From the NCBI RefSeq assembly GCF_964204645.1, contig NC_134028.1, positions 12,075,263 to 12,139,262 on the forward strand: a stretch of DNA of 64,000 nt, written 5' to 3'. Positions 24,771 to 37,324 of this stretch are shown here, one piece after another. How positions within the stretch are numbered: position 1 is the first letter of the stretch; each line of letters starts with the position of its first letter. The translations under genes and the position numbers were made by a program. The stretch comes from Tubulanus polymorphus. Taxonomy: Eukaryota > Animalia > Nemertea. The notes below the pieces were generated by a model. That model saw nothing but the letters and a program-made list of their open reading frames with translations. It did no database searches and was not told where the DNA came from.

Positions 24771-24965
24771 CCATATTCGCACAAAAGCAATCTTGCATTT
24801 TTCAAAATAAATGGTTATGATGTGGTTTTTGTCCTTGGTATATGGAGCAAGCCACATGTGTGTATCATCTCGAGTTCTATTAACGCCATCAAATAAGTTA
24901 CCAACAACTCTTGGATCTTTATCATACCCCTGTAGCACATTAATATCAGCTGGATTGGCAAAAAC
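24771..24965 (-). CDS. KATNIP: KATNIP coding exon
   Basis: Acceptor attCAG, donor GTGAGT; 195 nt, phase 0/0. Translates VFANPADINVLQGYDKDPRVVGNLFDGVNRTRDDTHMWLAPYTKDKNHIITIYFEKCKIAFVRIW, with the DPRVV-NL-DGVNRT-DD-H-WLAP signature. Confidence 0.95.
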
Positions 24966-25207
24966 CTGAATAAAGTTTTAGAAAATAACGAAAAAACAAT
25001 GCATTAACTAGTGGTTCAGGGAATCGGGCTTAGTGGAATGGTAACTTGGCTCAAATCAGCTAACATATCGTAACTAGGGATTCCATCTTATGAAATTGGA
25101 TCATGTAGCCTTTCAGACAGTATCTAATTTGTACCTGGACAAAAATGTAATCTAGCCACCAGTTCTGACAATCACTTTTGGTGTGCTTCTAGTATATCCA
25201 GTCTATC

Positions 25208-25775
25208 AAATGACTTCAATTAATGATTAATGAAGATAAAACAAGTATTCCAGTCGTGCTAATATCAGAATATCACTACAAATTCGATGGCATCAATCAA
25301 TCAGCCATGCCCGAAGTAAATTTCCACATTTTGAACCCACATTTTCGCCAGGTATTTTGATGCAACGTTACCTTATGCACAGGATTTCAAAATCAGAAGA
25401 ATCATTTAACACATTTCACACAATCAGATCATTGTATGATACGCCTTGAGTATCAGTAATCGCGCTAGCAACGATGAATATCAACTTACGATAAAGATCT
25501 TCTGACACAAATAGCATTGAATTTTCAAATGTGTAATTTTGGACAGTAAAAGATGCTGCATAAAAAAGTGCTCAAGTAAATCAAATTTTGACCCTTTTTG
25601 GTAAATTTCTAAAAAAAATATGAAACCCACGATTTGCAACTTTGTGCACCATTAAGAAAAACAAATTACAAAATATATTTTTGGTTAATCCGCTCAATTC
25701 ACCCATAAGTAGTGAAATTTCAGCCTACTGAAATTGTGTTTGAGTGCGCTAAAATAGCTTTTGAGTGTAGAGTAT
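25208..25775. repeat. Dispersed repeat, copy 2 (internally deleted)
   Basis: Matches 23524-24257 but lacks ~180 bp. Confidence 0.75.
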
Positions 25776-25914
25776 CAAACTTAGGAATGATTAACGGCCA
25801 GACCGTTGACACAGGCTCGCTAACGTCAGCCAAAAATGGCACAAATTTGGCCACATGGACCAAAAGGGACATGAATTGAAGACACCTCGTGAAGCTCCAA
25901 CAACATTTGCTTAC

Positions 25915-26056
25915 CTTTTTAATATAAATAGGTTTTCCTAAACTATTGAACAGCTCTATTCCTGTGAGTCCAACATAATGCTTGTCACCCCAAGTACTCC
26001 TTATATTTATCAGCAGTTCACTACCAGTTGGAAGTTCCGGAATAACAAAATCATCA
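25915..26056 (-). CDS. KATNIP: KATNIP coding exon (start of a KATNIP/DUF4457 repeat)
   Basis: Acceptor tctttCAG, donor GTAAGC; 142 nt. Translates DDFVIPELPTGSELLINIRSTWGDKHYVGLTGIELFNSLGKPIYIKK, with the STWGD-x-HYVGLxGIE signature. Confidence 0.95.
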
Positions 26057-26110
26057 CTGAAAGAGACAATTTTTGACAGTGATCTTCTTCTTTTCCAGTA
26101 GAGACAAGAA

Positions 26111-27340
26111 ACAAACAAGGCAATTTGATACTATGTATCTATGTCCCCCGTGAAAGCCTGTAGGGAATTACCCCTGAAGCCCCTGGTATTTGGTATGCAA
26201 TATTATTGCCCTGCAATCAATGGTTCTTTAGGAGTCGCATTTAGAAGAATTCAGGTAAAAGACTCCCATGACCTTCGAAAATCAGTATAGCACATCCTCT
26301 CCCCAGGGATAATCATACGATCAAATGAATCACAATGAAATAGCATAGTCCAGCGCAATCAATAGTTCTTCTTGAATTGCATTTTCAAGGTTCCACCAAG
26401 ACGATTTCTAGTGACCTTAACTTTTAACCCAAGGACTCCAAAATCAGTAGGGCACATCCATTTCCCAGGGGTAAACATAATATGTAACATCATAGTCCAG
26501 CTATCAATAGTTCCTCTTTAATCATGTTTACAAGTTTTGGTGCAAATTACATCTACTGACCAAAATCTTAAGGGCACATTCTCTCCCTAGGGCTAATTAT
26601 ACTATGTAATAGCATAATCTTGCTATCAAGTGTTCTTCTTGAATGTTGTCTACCAGGATTCACATTTGAACCCCAAAATCAATAGGGCACATCCTCTCCC
26701 TTGGGAAAATGAGCTAAAATTCTTAAAATGGACTTTCGAGTGCTTTGAAGAACATAAATTTTGAGAATCAATTTAAGAATCATATAACATGGCTATACAA
26801 GAAATCAAACCATCGTTGCTAACAGCCTAGTGTCTGTCACATCTGCTCCCTGTGCTACATTTTGGTTCATAACTTCGTTGATAATTGGTTTATGCATCCA
26901 TTTATTCAGTGAGGAATTTGTATTCAAATTGTTTTTCTGTTTTTGTTTTGAACCTAGAATATTGCTGAAGACGACTGGAGCCCCAACATCAGGTGAAATG
27001 CCTGAGTGGAAAATACACCCGAACTTAAGTCGACCTGTTTATGAAGGCAGGAAATGAAAAATACAAAACGGTTTTGACTTTTGACTTACAAGACTCGAAA
27101 TCTAATCAGTCAATCACGGTCTCTAGGGTAACCCATCCATAAAATTTCACAAATTTATCTTATACCGTTTATGAATTAATTAGAGCCCGGAAATGGAAAA
27201 TACAAAACAGCTCCTGGTGACCTTGACTTTTGACCTAGAAGACCTGAAATGTAATCAATTACTCACGGTCTCTCGGATAACCCATCCGAAAAATGTCACC
27301 AAATTATCTTAAACGTACGGACGATGGAGTGGCATAAAAA
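26111..27340 (-). mobile_element. HINE-like element with internal tandem repeats
   Basis: Ends AAACAAGG and GGCATAAAAA; repeated AAATCAGTAGGGCACATCCTCTCCCCAGGG and GACCTTGACTTTTGACC modules. Confidence 0.55.
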
Positions 27341-28374
27341 CACACCAAAATGGCGGCACTAAGAAAGAAATTGAGTCACGTGGTTTGTGGCAGCGCCGCC
27401 ATACGGTACCGGGTATTCCGAAAAATGTTTAGTGGTAAAACTAAGGTAACTTCTAAAATGTGCCCCACGTAATGTATCACGTGAATTTTTTTACTACACA
27501 TGTGAAATCGAATTCACATGTGTGAATTCGTGAACTACACATGTGAAATCTAATTCACATGTGTAAATTCTTGAATTACAAGTGGCAACTCTAATTCACA
27601 CATGTGATTTCTTTAACTAAGTGTGTGAAATCGAATTCGCATGTGTAGTTTTTCCAGCTATACATGTGAAAATCAAATCACACGCGTAATTTTTCAAACT
27701 ACTCGTGTGGAAATAAATTCACATTGCAATAAGTCCCATGTCAGCTTTACATGTCAGACATCAATGTCTTTTAGAGCCAATGTCATCAGATCCATCACAT
27801 GCACCATTTTTCTTAGAAAAAACCATCATCAATGTAACGAAAAAAAGGTAAAAATACCCAATAATTCAAAGTAGGTATAAATCCCCACTTCATGATTTGA
27901 AAGGAACATTTTGTATCAAAATATTTTTTCAGATTCTATGATCCATGTATGACCATAATGGGGAATATTTTGAAGCAGAGAATTTCTCACATTCTATCTA
28001 TATATATAACCATTTTTTAGAAAAATTAGAATTGAGAATGGATAGAATGTGAAAAATATTGTGCTTCAAACTCGTGAATTTGGGATTTGTACAATTAGAT
28101 TAATCGTGGATTCCTGCCTATTTTTCACTGAGGGGATTGTTACCGCTAACCGTATAATGATATATGTTTTAAAATTAAACATATAATTATATGACAATTT
28201 TTCCACTAAGGCCTAATAAGTCAATGAGATTTGGTTCAGTAATACGCACAATGTACAGATAATTAATAGGAAATAACAAGCTCCTTCATCCCGTAAAAAT
28301 CAAGTTAACGATCAAAATGCTGAGTCAATTCACTTAAATTCCAAAAGCTGTCTGATTATAGATAAACATAATTA

Positions 28375-28402
28375 TCTACTACTACTACTGCTACCCCTAC
28401 AG

Positions 28403-28440
<38 letters not shown>
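28375..28440. repeat. (CTA)n microsatellite
   Basis: About 20 imperfect CTA units. Confidence 0.95.
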
Positions 28441-28441
<1 letters not shown>

Positions 28442-31057
28442 TTGCTGATTTTTCAGAAACTGTCAATTATGATGTTGCGTTAAGTTCTCTTCATGGGTAA
28501 CCCCACAATTTCTTTATTTTTCTTTTTTGAAGGCAATAAAATGGAAATATTTCCAGATCACATCAGCAAAGATCTGCACAAAAATGGCTCAATATATTTG
28601 ATATGATTGGTCTGAAGGATTTGTAAAAATGGATTCCACAATTGTTACAAATATTTTTCATTCACATTTTAATCTTTATATATAATCTGTTATTTCAATC
28701 TGAATGTATAATCATATTTAGAATGGATTTGATGCATTTCAGTTATTAGGGTTTTCTGACTTTCGTCGAAAACCCTCTCGTATAATTCTGTTGATTATTA
28801 TCATCATTATATATTTTCCGCCTATTTTCGTCAAATAAAATCAGGGATGAAAACAGGAGGTATTGAAATCCGCAGAAATTTTGAAACATTATGAATTTAC
28901 CTTTACACTATATAACCTACTGGAAAACATTTAATAATTCACTGACGATATATTATTCCTTATTGAAAAGCAATCGCCGTACGGAACGCAGTGGCGCTAG
29001 CAGTTGGTACTGAGGCATCATCATGATAAGGCATGTGAACACAGTGGCGCTAGCAGTCAGTACTGAGGCATGATATGTTAAGGCAAGCGAACACAGTGGC
29101 GCTAGCAGTCGGTACTCGGGAATTCTTATTTCAACGCCAGTGCGGTCCATTGCTAATAGGATAACGATTCTCATTTCCTCGGCTTAGAAAAGGGGGCCTT
29201 TGAATTATTAAGTAATGGATTCTGAAATTCACTCCTGGACACAAACCAATAACACAATGATAATCCGATAAGGGTATCTTTTTTAGTTTTATTATTTCAA
29301 CACACAAGAAGAGATATTAAACTATTTAATTTGCCATATTATACAGTTTTATAATCACACGGGATCCAGATCACGCAGGAATCAGTTTAACCGTAAACTT
29401 TCAAACAATTTAGATTAAACTCGTTTAAGAGTCCAGTTTAACCATCTCTCGTTCTGAAACTATTTTCACTTACAACGGAAAATGATAGTTCTAACAAAAC
29501 AAACACAAAATATAGCCATGAATTACAGGTTAAGGACAAAGAATATAAGCCGAGCAAAAATTCAATTTCTACTGTACCGCCGACGCTTCTCTGCTAATTT
29601 CTGAAGAATCTCATTTCGATCGGCCCTTTTGGCTTTGGCCTGGGCGGCTGCTGCATGAACGATCCTAGCTCTTTTCGCCGTCTCGATATTTGTTTCTCTT
29701 GCTTTTCGTTTTGAGATTGTTTCAGTTTTCCGTGCTTGGATCGCTTTTAAATGAGATTCCCGCTTTTCTTTTCTTTCTTCGAGTTCTTGCTTATAAACTT
29801 GTGCAGCTGAAGCCATGTTTACGTTCAAACCCGTGGGACGGATGGGATCGCGGCGAATGTCATTTCTATTGAAAAAATCCACAGCCGACTTCCCAGCCAA
29901 CGAATACTTCACTGTCTGTAAGGCACTGTATGTTGATATATTCAACCGGTTGGATGTAGTCTCCACAATATTCGACATTTCGCTGAATGAACTTTCAACT
30001 AGTGGGCATGTGAAGCAACTTAGGAGCGCACATACCATTTTTGAAAGATTAGGATATGCTTTAGCCACGTGCGACCACCATTCGTCTATAGGCACCGGTA
30101 TTGACGCATCCGAAAGCTTCTGGGAACGTCTTGTCAGCCGTGTAACGGTGTACCTCAAGTTGGTAGCTATCAACCTCATCTGAATTCAGATCATGTGTTG
30201 CTATATTTGGCAAATCCTTTAGATATTTCAAGGTCAAGGTATGACCGCGACATGCTAGATCAATTGCATCTATACGTAACAGTGTCTTACTGTTAAGCGG
30301 TAGTTTCTTTGCCAAATATTTAGCACAAGAGATGTAGGCCTTTCTGACTTTGTCGTAAAATTCATTGACAAGTGGATCTTTTGGATTCTCACTGTTAAGT
30401 TTTGAGGCTTTGTCTCCAACAAACATTTCACTCGGTTTCATCTTACAAAGATCAGTATCGAATATCATATCACTAACTAATTTTCGATCATCGGCAGGGA
30501 TCTTCTCAGGCCGAATAAAGCAACAGAGAAATTCCCGGAATACACTGACTTGTTCATCAATAAGCTTATGTATCAACGGCTCTCGCTTTTGAACTTTCAG
30601 AACGTATTTTTTCAGGACAGGCAAAACTGAAATCAGGAAATTCAGGTACATAACTGTCCGTTTTCGGTCGACAAACAATCGATCGGTAATTCGATTTTTT
30701 CTCGCTTTTCCGTCCTCAGTAAGTTTCTTGTTTTTTACAGTTGACTGTATCTCTTTAATGCGATCTCGTGCAGGTTCTGAAATACCCAAGCGCCGATAAA
30801 TTTCTACACAACGGGCCAGATATAACGCGATCACCTGGATTAAAAAAACTGAAGTAGAACACTGTGTAGGCTTCTAACTTACGTTCTAAATCAACAGCAG
30901 CATTGTGCAAAGACAGCCACCTGGTAACAACATATCTTTCGGGCATCATGAAGTTAAATCCTAACAAAGAACATATTTCATGACGGTAATCATCGCGCAA
31001 GTCAGGTGACCATTTCAAATCATTGTACAGATCTGAAATTAGCTTTTCGATCACTTT

Positions 31058-32263
31058 CAGGGCTGCCAACCTTTCAAAATTCCATTTAGGGATGAATGGC
31101 AGATTAATTAGGAATATTGAAGGTTTCAATAGGAATATATCGAAACCGAAGAAATTGTGACTTTTCCAAGTAGGAATATTTTGCTTTCAATTAGGAATAC
31201 CTTTCACGTGTAATATATGAAAGCTGGATATGAAAATATGGAATTATTAGCAAAATAAAAAATCAGCAAATTCTACAGAATGTATTTTTTCTTTATTATT
31301 TTATGAAAGATAAAAATCAACAGTGTTTATCAAAAATATACAATAGACTAAAAAATAAGAACATAAAACTGGCATAAATTGTCAAACGAATTACATAACA
31401 CTATACAGCTGTCATGCGAATATATCCATTTCCAGCATCAATTCCACGATACTGTCCAAGAGAGACTCCACGTACAGAACTGAAAGATACAAACAGTAAA
31501 AAGTCTCTAAATCTACATGCTACTCGATGGTGCTGCCATCTGCCAAATATGCGAACTAAAAGTTTACTTTGAGATGCACTGCTCAAAAGCATCTTAAATT
31601 ATCTTTTTAAATCAAACTAACACAAGAGTGACAACATTAAGGTTCAAACTAGCAAAGCAATTGCTTACCGAAACATTTCAAAGAGTCCACACGTTGAAAT
31701 CTAACCCGGATCTTCGAATGCTAATCGCGCTGCGAAAACGAGCTAATTACCGCAGTAAACTGATTCTTCTCCGAAACGATGCGGAGCAATTTGACAATAA
31801 CAATCACATTTTGCCACATGTCATAATATTTTCACAAAAATGATTGAAAACAACGTATTTTAAAACGAATGAACTTTATTTTTATTCTTGAAACAAATTA
31901 AAAAGCTGCTCTCCTACTACGAAATAATCGTACGCCATGCGTAGATAAAATCAATAACACAGCTACTCTCATACACACACACGCACGCACGCGCGCGCTA
32001 GTAAGCGCTGTTTATCGCCTGACCCACGTACACAGTATATAGCCACGCACTCATCCACCGCGGGCGTGCATATAAATTCCCCACCTATTCAATTCTGTTC
32101 TACCAAATCACCATATTGTGTAACAACGCGCTGGCGGGTGGAAAATCGGACATCGCCGAAAAAGAAAAAAAAAGTCGGAATTTTGTATACCCGATCGTAT
32201 CATCGGAATTTCTTCACGCAAATCGGGAGGATTCCGAATAATTCGGGAGGGTTGGCAGCCCTG
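31058..32263. mobile_element. Non-autonomous element with 6-bp TSD inside the transposase
   Basis: TIR CAGGGCTGCCAACC / GGTTGGCAGCCCTG; CACTTT at 31052-31057 and 32264-32269; removal restores CFDKV|IEKL. Confidence 0.92.
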
Positions 32264-32483
32264 CACTTTATCAAAACAATTGGTAAACTGTTTTGACGAA
32301 TTGTGTACGTGGTGCGCCGAGTCGCCGTCGATGTTTAGAAGGTGAGGGACCTTATCACGCAACCTGGTCTCGAACCCGGATCTGCAGCCACGCATGACAT
32401 TACATGAATCAACAAGAACGGACATTAAATGATCATAAGATATCTACCGTCGGTCCAACTCGCCAATGACCTTGTTAAAAATA

Positions 32484-33321
32484 CAGTCAAACCCGCTTTA
32501 TTCGGATCACTCGGGACCGCTAAAATTCGTCCGAGTTATGTGAAATCCGAATTAAATAAATATCCTTTTGTGTAGCAATTTACCATGCCTCTACCACTGA
32601 AAATGACAACAATGAGTGTTGCATTTTAAATCGAAACAAAAATATCAATTATTATTGAATGTACATGTATTTTACATGGTATCATGAATAAACTATACGC
32701 CATCGCAATATAAACAGTCTCAGTTTTTTTTTTACAAAGAAGGCAGAAATCAATGTCTGCTTGGCGCGTTTCGGGACGTCCCGTCGAAGAAAGTTCTCAT
32801 ATGTCCGAGAGAAAACGGATACTCCATCAACAAATTTCTCGTCGGTAGACTTGGCCAGTGCAAATCTGTTTAGAACATCCAAAGCCCCATGAACGTCGGT
32901 GACTGTCGGGTTGGGCTTTAATATTACAGCACACTGTAAGGCCTACTATCGCAACAATCGATACCGTTAGCCTATTCTAATAGACTGTTGCCCGATCGTA
33001 TACTGTATATAGCGACGCGTAATGCAGCACATCAGTATGACTATCGAGCGTGGATTGCATCATGTCGCGTCGCACGGCACTGTCGCTGTGCTCTGTTCAA
33101 TATCAATATTTATCATCCGAATAAAGTGGTAAGATTTCAAAGGATATGGACAAATGGGACTTGAAAATTCATCCGGAATAGCCGAAAATCCGAATAATAC
33201 GAACCAAATTAAGTGACATTTTTGTAAGGTATTATAATAAGAAACTGAAGGGACTTTTAAAAATCATCCGAGATACATCAAAATCCGAGTAAAACCGATC
33301 CGAATAAAGCGGGTTTGACTG
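32484..33321. mobile_element. pogo/Tigger-like MITE inside the transposase
   Basis: Perfect 25-bp TIR CAGTCAAACCCGCTTTATTCGGATC, TA TSD; removal restores AKSES|IFNKV. Confidence 0.92.
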
Positions 33322-36300
33322 TACTTTCACTTTTAGCCAAGATGACCTCAAGTGAAGAGACATGACGAAACACGATTTTTTTCTCGACGGGTGAATAAAA
33401 ACTGGTGAGAATAGAAAGAACTTTTTTCAGACTTAAACTTGTTGCTTCATCGATGTTGAGAGAGAAGAAGTTCTCATTTAGTTCTTCATTTAACTGATCT
33501 GAAAATGTCTTGGCCAAGCCATGTTTCATTTTGTACGATGCTGTAACTCTGGACATTTGTAAGTGCGACAGGGCATTTCTGTCTTTACATAAGGCTTTAA
33601 TCAGATCTATCACATCCGGAACAATGCTAAATGACATGTTTTTGTCGGCAATGAATGCAAGCAGCATAGCCTCAGAATGAAGAACCCGGTCCTGCACTGG
33701 AATGAAAGGTTCAACTTTCGGACGACTGCTCTCATTTACAGTGGATGGTGAATCTTTAAATGCTTGCCAAAGACCATACGGTGTCTCCTGTTGTGATGTT
33801 GAATCACCCTGCAAGGTAAACATTGAAGACTCAATCGATTGTCCGTTTTTATTTGTTCTTAGACCGAATGTCTAGGCCTCAAATTATTTGATCTAATTTC
33901 ATATCTAAAAGCTGCAAATAAAATTCTGCAGCCGGGATTCCTGCAGAAATTTTTTCCACAGAACAAACTAAGGTACCGACTGGGTAAAATTTTTGGTTCA
34001 AAAACAAAGGAGTCTACACCATAGTTTATTTCGCTGTTGCACCAGATGCATAATGCTCTTCCAGCAACGCTGATTTTTCTTATACATTCAGCGAGGGTAA
34101 CATCGTCGATAACGTTCTCTAACCAATTCCATTTCCACGGATTTTTTAATAATTTATCAACCCCCCTGATGGGTCTACAGAAGAGCAAGAATGATAAGAA
34201 TGATAAAAATGGGCCCTTGTCCGCGGAAATCCGCGGAAGATTTTCATCCCTGTAAAATTCATCTTGATTCAGATTTGGCAACTGACAGCTTCTAAAAGAA
34301 ATGTTTAACTTGATACTGTAATAATGGTCTCTTGAACCAGCAGAGTGTCTAAATGTACTGTCTATTCTATTTGAAACTTAAAATTAGTTACTAGGTAACT
34401 TCAATAGATAATTGAATTGAACCTAAATGCACATGTACCTATCATTCGTTCAAAAGAGGAATGCTCGGAGAACACCAGGTCTGAGTCCAAGACTTCACGA
34501 GTCCGGCGTTCGTGAGTCCGACAGGTTTACGAGCATTTGTTTGTTGTTTACCTCTTTATTGTTGTTATCTTGTTATACCGGTTATCTTATTTAAGTATAT
34601 TGCTGATCTGTTCATGTAACCAAAGGCGTCAATAAATAATATTTTTGAACTGATCAAATTTGTAAATCAGGGTCACTGACTCGCGGGTGGCTATATTTAG
34701 ACAATTCAGCTTCAGAGACAAAAGAAACAACAGAAAAGTATCAGGTGATTATCGATAGCCTACTACGGAACACATAGTTGACAGTGTTAGGCCTGTGCCA
34801 GTTGGTGCGTACAGGCACTAAAATGATCTGGTTGGTCAGTTGGTTCGGTTGTGAAGTGTGGAAACTAAGAAAGCCTACAGGTATTTATTTGTCTATCTTG
34901 TTGATCTTGATCTTGGGCCTATCATAGTAGCCAATACCATTTTAAGTACGAAGTTGGGAGTTGTTATCGATATGTGACTGTACAGTGATCTCTACAGGTT
35001 AACAGTACGTGAGTTCCCTACAGTGAGTCCCTATAACCTACGTATGCACATGCGTAAAAGAATAGGGTCTGGGTTAGGTGAGGCTATATGTAAATTAACT
35101 TTCATCAACCTTGCAGTTGCGTTCTATGGCTCAGTTGGTAAATCACTGGACTACTGCTGGATTTTTTTTCGTTTGGTTTAGAATCCCAGTATTGCAGGTT
35201 TGAGCGCCAACGTTCTAGCATACGGCTAACCAGTAGAAATCACCGTACTGTCACGTACGGGTAACAACAGTGTTTTAAGTAATAAGTGAGTACGATAAGC
35301 CTACCATGCCTACGTACTACAAACACAACTTTTTCCCTCTGGTCGACCCTACACTGATGTTACTATAACTGGATACATAACTATCACATGTATAGGATTT
35401 GGTCAGGACTAGCCTTAAGTCTAATTCAGTCTATGCATTATTCACTCGATATTGTAAAAACAATATGGTGAAGTATTCACACGCAGAAAGGTTAATTGAT
35501 TTGAGCTATGTGATTAAATTTGGCCAGGCCTTCTCTGACCTGCTGACATTTATATTCAAGCCTAGATCCAAAACCTTCATGCGGTCACAGCTTGTATACC
35601 AGAAATCATGATGTAGGCCTGTACATTTCGCTGCACGTAGGTTTGGTATACCGATTTCTCCTAAACTGTTAAGTGTACAGTACACATCAAACCAATGGGA
35701 ATAGGGCATATTGATTGGGCTTATTATTTCCTGCTTTAGAATATTGAAATAAGCCTAACGTTCATTCAAATATCCAACATCAGTGAAAGTTTGAATACTG
35801 TATACAAGTACTGTTTACAACATAGGTTTTCATGTTCTATGAATATTTTCCAGTTCAAATGGGTTTATGCGTTTAAGGGCAGTCAACACCAAGAACTCTC
35901 TTCGACGGATGTTGCATCATATGAAAGATCTGATTCTTTCAACTCAAGCAAAGTGATTCAACACGATCAATATAACACTGGAATAGGTTTGCAGTGTTGC
36001 TGGAATAGGTTTGCATGTACTTTTTAGCCAATTCCGATTTGGTTGTAATTAAAACTCTGGAACTGTTATTGAGAAATACGCAAGACAAGTGGAAAGAACA
36101 CAAGTTATGCTTGATTCTCATATTCAAATTTAAGTCAAATTCAAATTTATTTTATTACATCATATTTACAAACACGTAACTAGTCGATAGATTTGATATT
36201 TACTCACATGTTGCCGGTATCAGTATAGAATCAGTATAGAATCAGTATAGAATTTGTAATCCACTCGATTGAATCTACACGACATTATATGTATTTATTC

Positions 36301-37324
36301 AAATATTTCAATAAAAAGATTAACTCCTTAAATCTATTCCAAATCATGATACATTCTTATCTGTAAGTTATCAACATATCGACTCAGCAGATTCTTAAGA
36401 CGAGTCCTTTAGAACAGATCAATTTTTTAAGTGTGGTGATAGTACATTATCATAAAGTTTGAATGCCAAAATAAATGCCTGGTCAAATAAATTCATATTT
36501 GTTGATTGTACGTCCGCGTAAGTTTGGTTTCAAAGTTGAATCACATTTGACGTTTACCAGTGGTTGCATTAGGTTCGAACCTGTCAATGCATTTTGTTCT
36601 ATGTATCGGTACTTAAATTTTCTACAATTCCCATCACCTGAATGGCCTTGCAGAAAACCCATCATTGCTGCTTTGCAGCTATATTTTATCGTCTTCTATT
36701 CCTATTCATGGACCCCAAACAGAGAGGAAATCATAAATGAAATAGTAAGACAAAATATATTTTCGTTGCGTAGAAAAGGTGTGGAGATCTGTTGATCTCA
36801 TGATGGAATATTTTGGATTAATATGTGTGAAATTTCCATTTTCATTAGTTTTCATGCATTACATTTAAAATCCAGAATTTGAAATTAACGCTTGAAAAAT
36901 ATCATTTACATGTGTGAATGTGAAAATTTACACGTGTGGCACGTGTGAATTTTCACATTTACACATGTGATTACTGCCAATTTCACATCATATGAAATAG
37001 TTTTTCACATGTGTGAAAAAAATTCACATGTGTAGTATTTTCGTAAGGGCCCTCTGGTGGCAAGAACAAAGAATGTGGTGATCCCAACTCCATTTAATCA
37101 AAATCCAAATCATATATCCAGGGAGAAACACACTAGCTAATAGGATGGTAATATCAAAGCTGTGGGTAGTTGGGTGTTGAGGTGGGAAGTGTAGTGTGAT
37201 CTGTGTGCATTTGTGGCCAGCACACAGATCACAATGATCATAGTAAGTGTAGTAATATACGTCCAGGGAGAGGCAACATGTGAAATAAGTGGAAAATATC
37301 AATATTTCAAAATTTTTCATATGT

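Larger units (their letters stand above)
29562..34175 (-). pseudogene. Disrupted hAT-like DDE transposase
   Basis: Ordered motifs: WKWNWLE..CIWC (Zn-finger-like), FSLNIDEAT (D), VDSCNVMRG (D), DGDSAHHVHN, TRWLS, WW..YPNLSK..LSCFTCPLVESSFS (E, dimerisation region), basic tail. Broken by two MITEs, one stop and at least two frameshifts. Confidence 0.85.
28842..34252 (-). mobile_element. hAT-like DNA transposon with 12-bp TIRs and 6-bp TSD
   Basis: TIR CAGGGATGAAAA / TTTTCATCCCTG; TAAAAT at 28836-28841 and 34253-34258; encloses the transposase pseudogene. Confidence 0.85.
28743..36686 (+). mobile_element. Helentron/HINE-like element interrupted by the hAT-like transposon
   Basis: 5' TTATTAGGGTTTTC...GAAAACCCT hairpin; 3' CAGAAAACCC plus GCTGC-TTT-GCAGC-TATATT; 34495-36686 is the inverse of 13876-16410. 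Confidence 0.7.
27463..37051. mobile_element. CACATGTGAA-rich foldback-like element (outer shell of the nested block)
   Basis: Arrays of TTCACATGTGAA palindromes at 27475-27730 and 36905-37050; degenerate inverted ends CCCCACGTAAT / TTTTCGTAAGGG. Confidence 0.5.

Noticed and set aside
25720-26118. 132-aa ORF as a stand-alone gene
   Set aside because: Only 25915-26056 is coding (KATNIP exon); the rest is intron read-through.
28743-36686. Idea that the HINE-like termini define an autonomous element encoding a DDE transposase
   Set aside because: The transposase has its own TIRs and TAAAAT TSD at 28842-34252, so it is a later insertion, not the HINE's gene.
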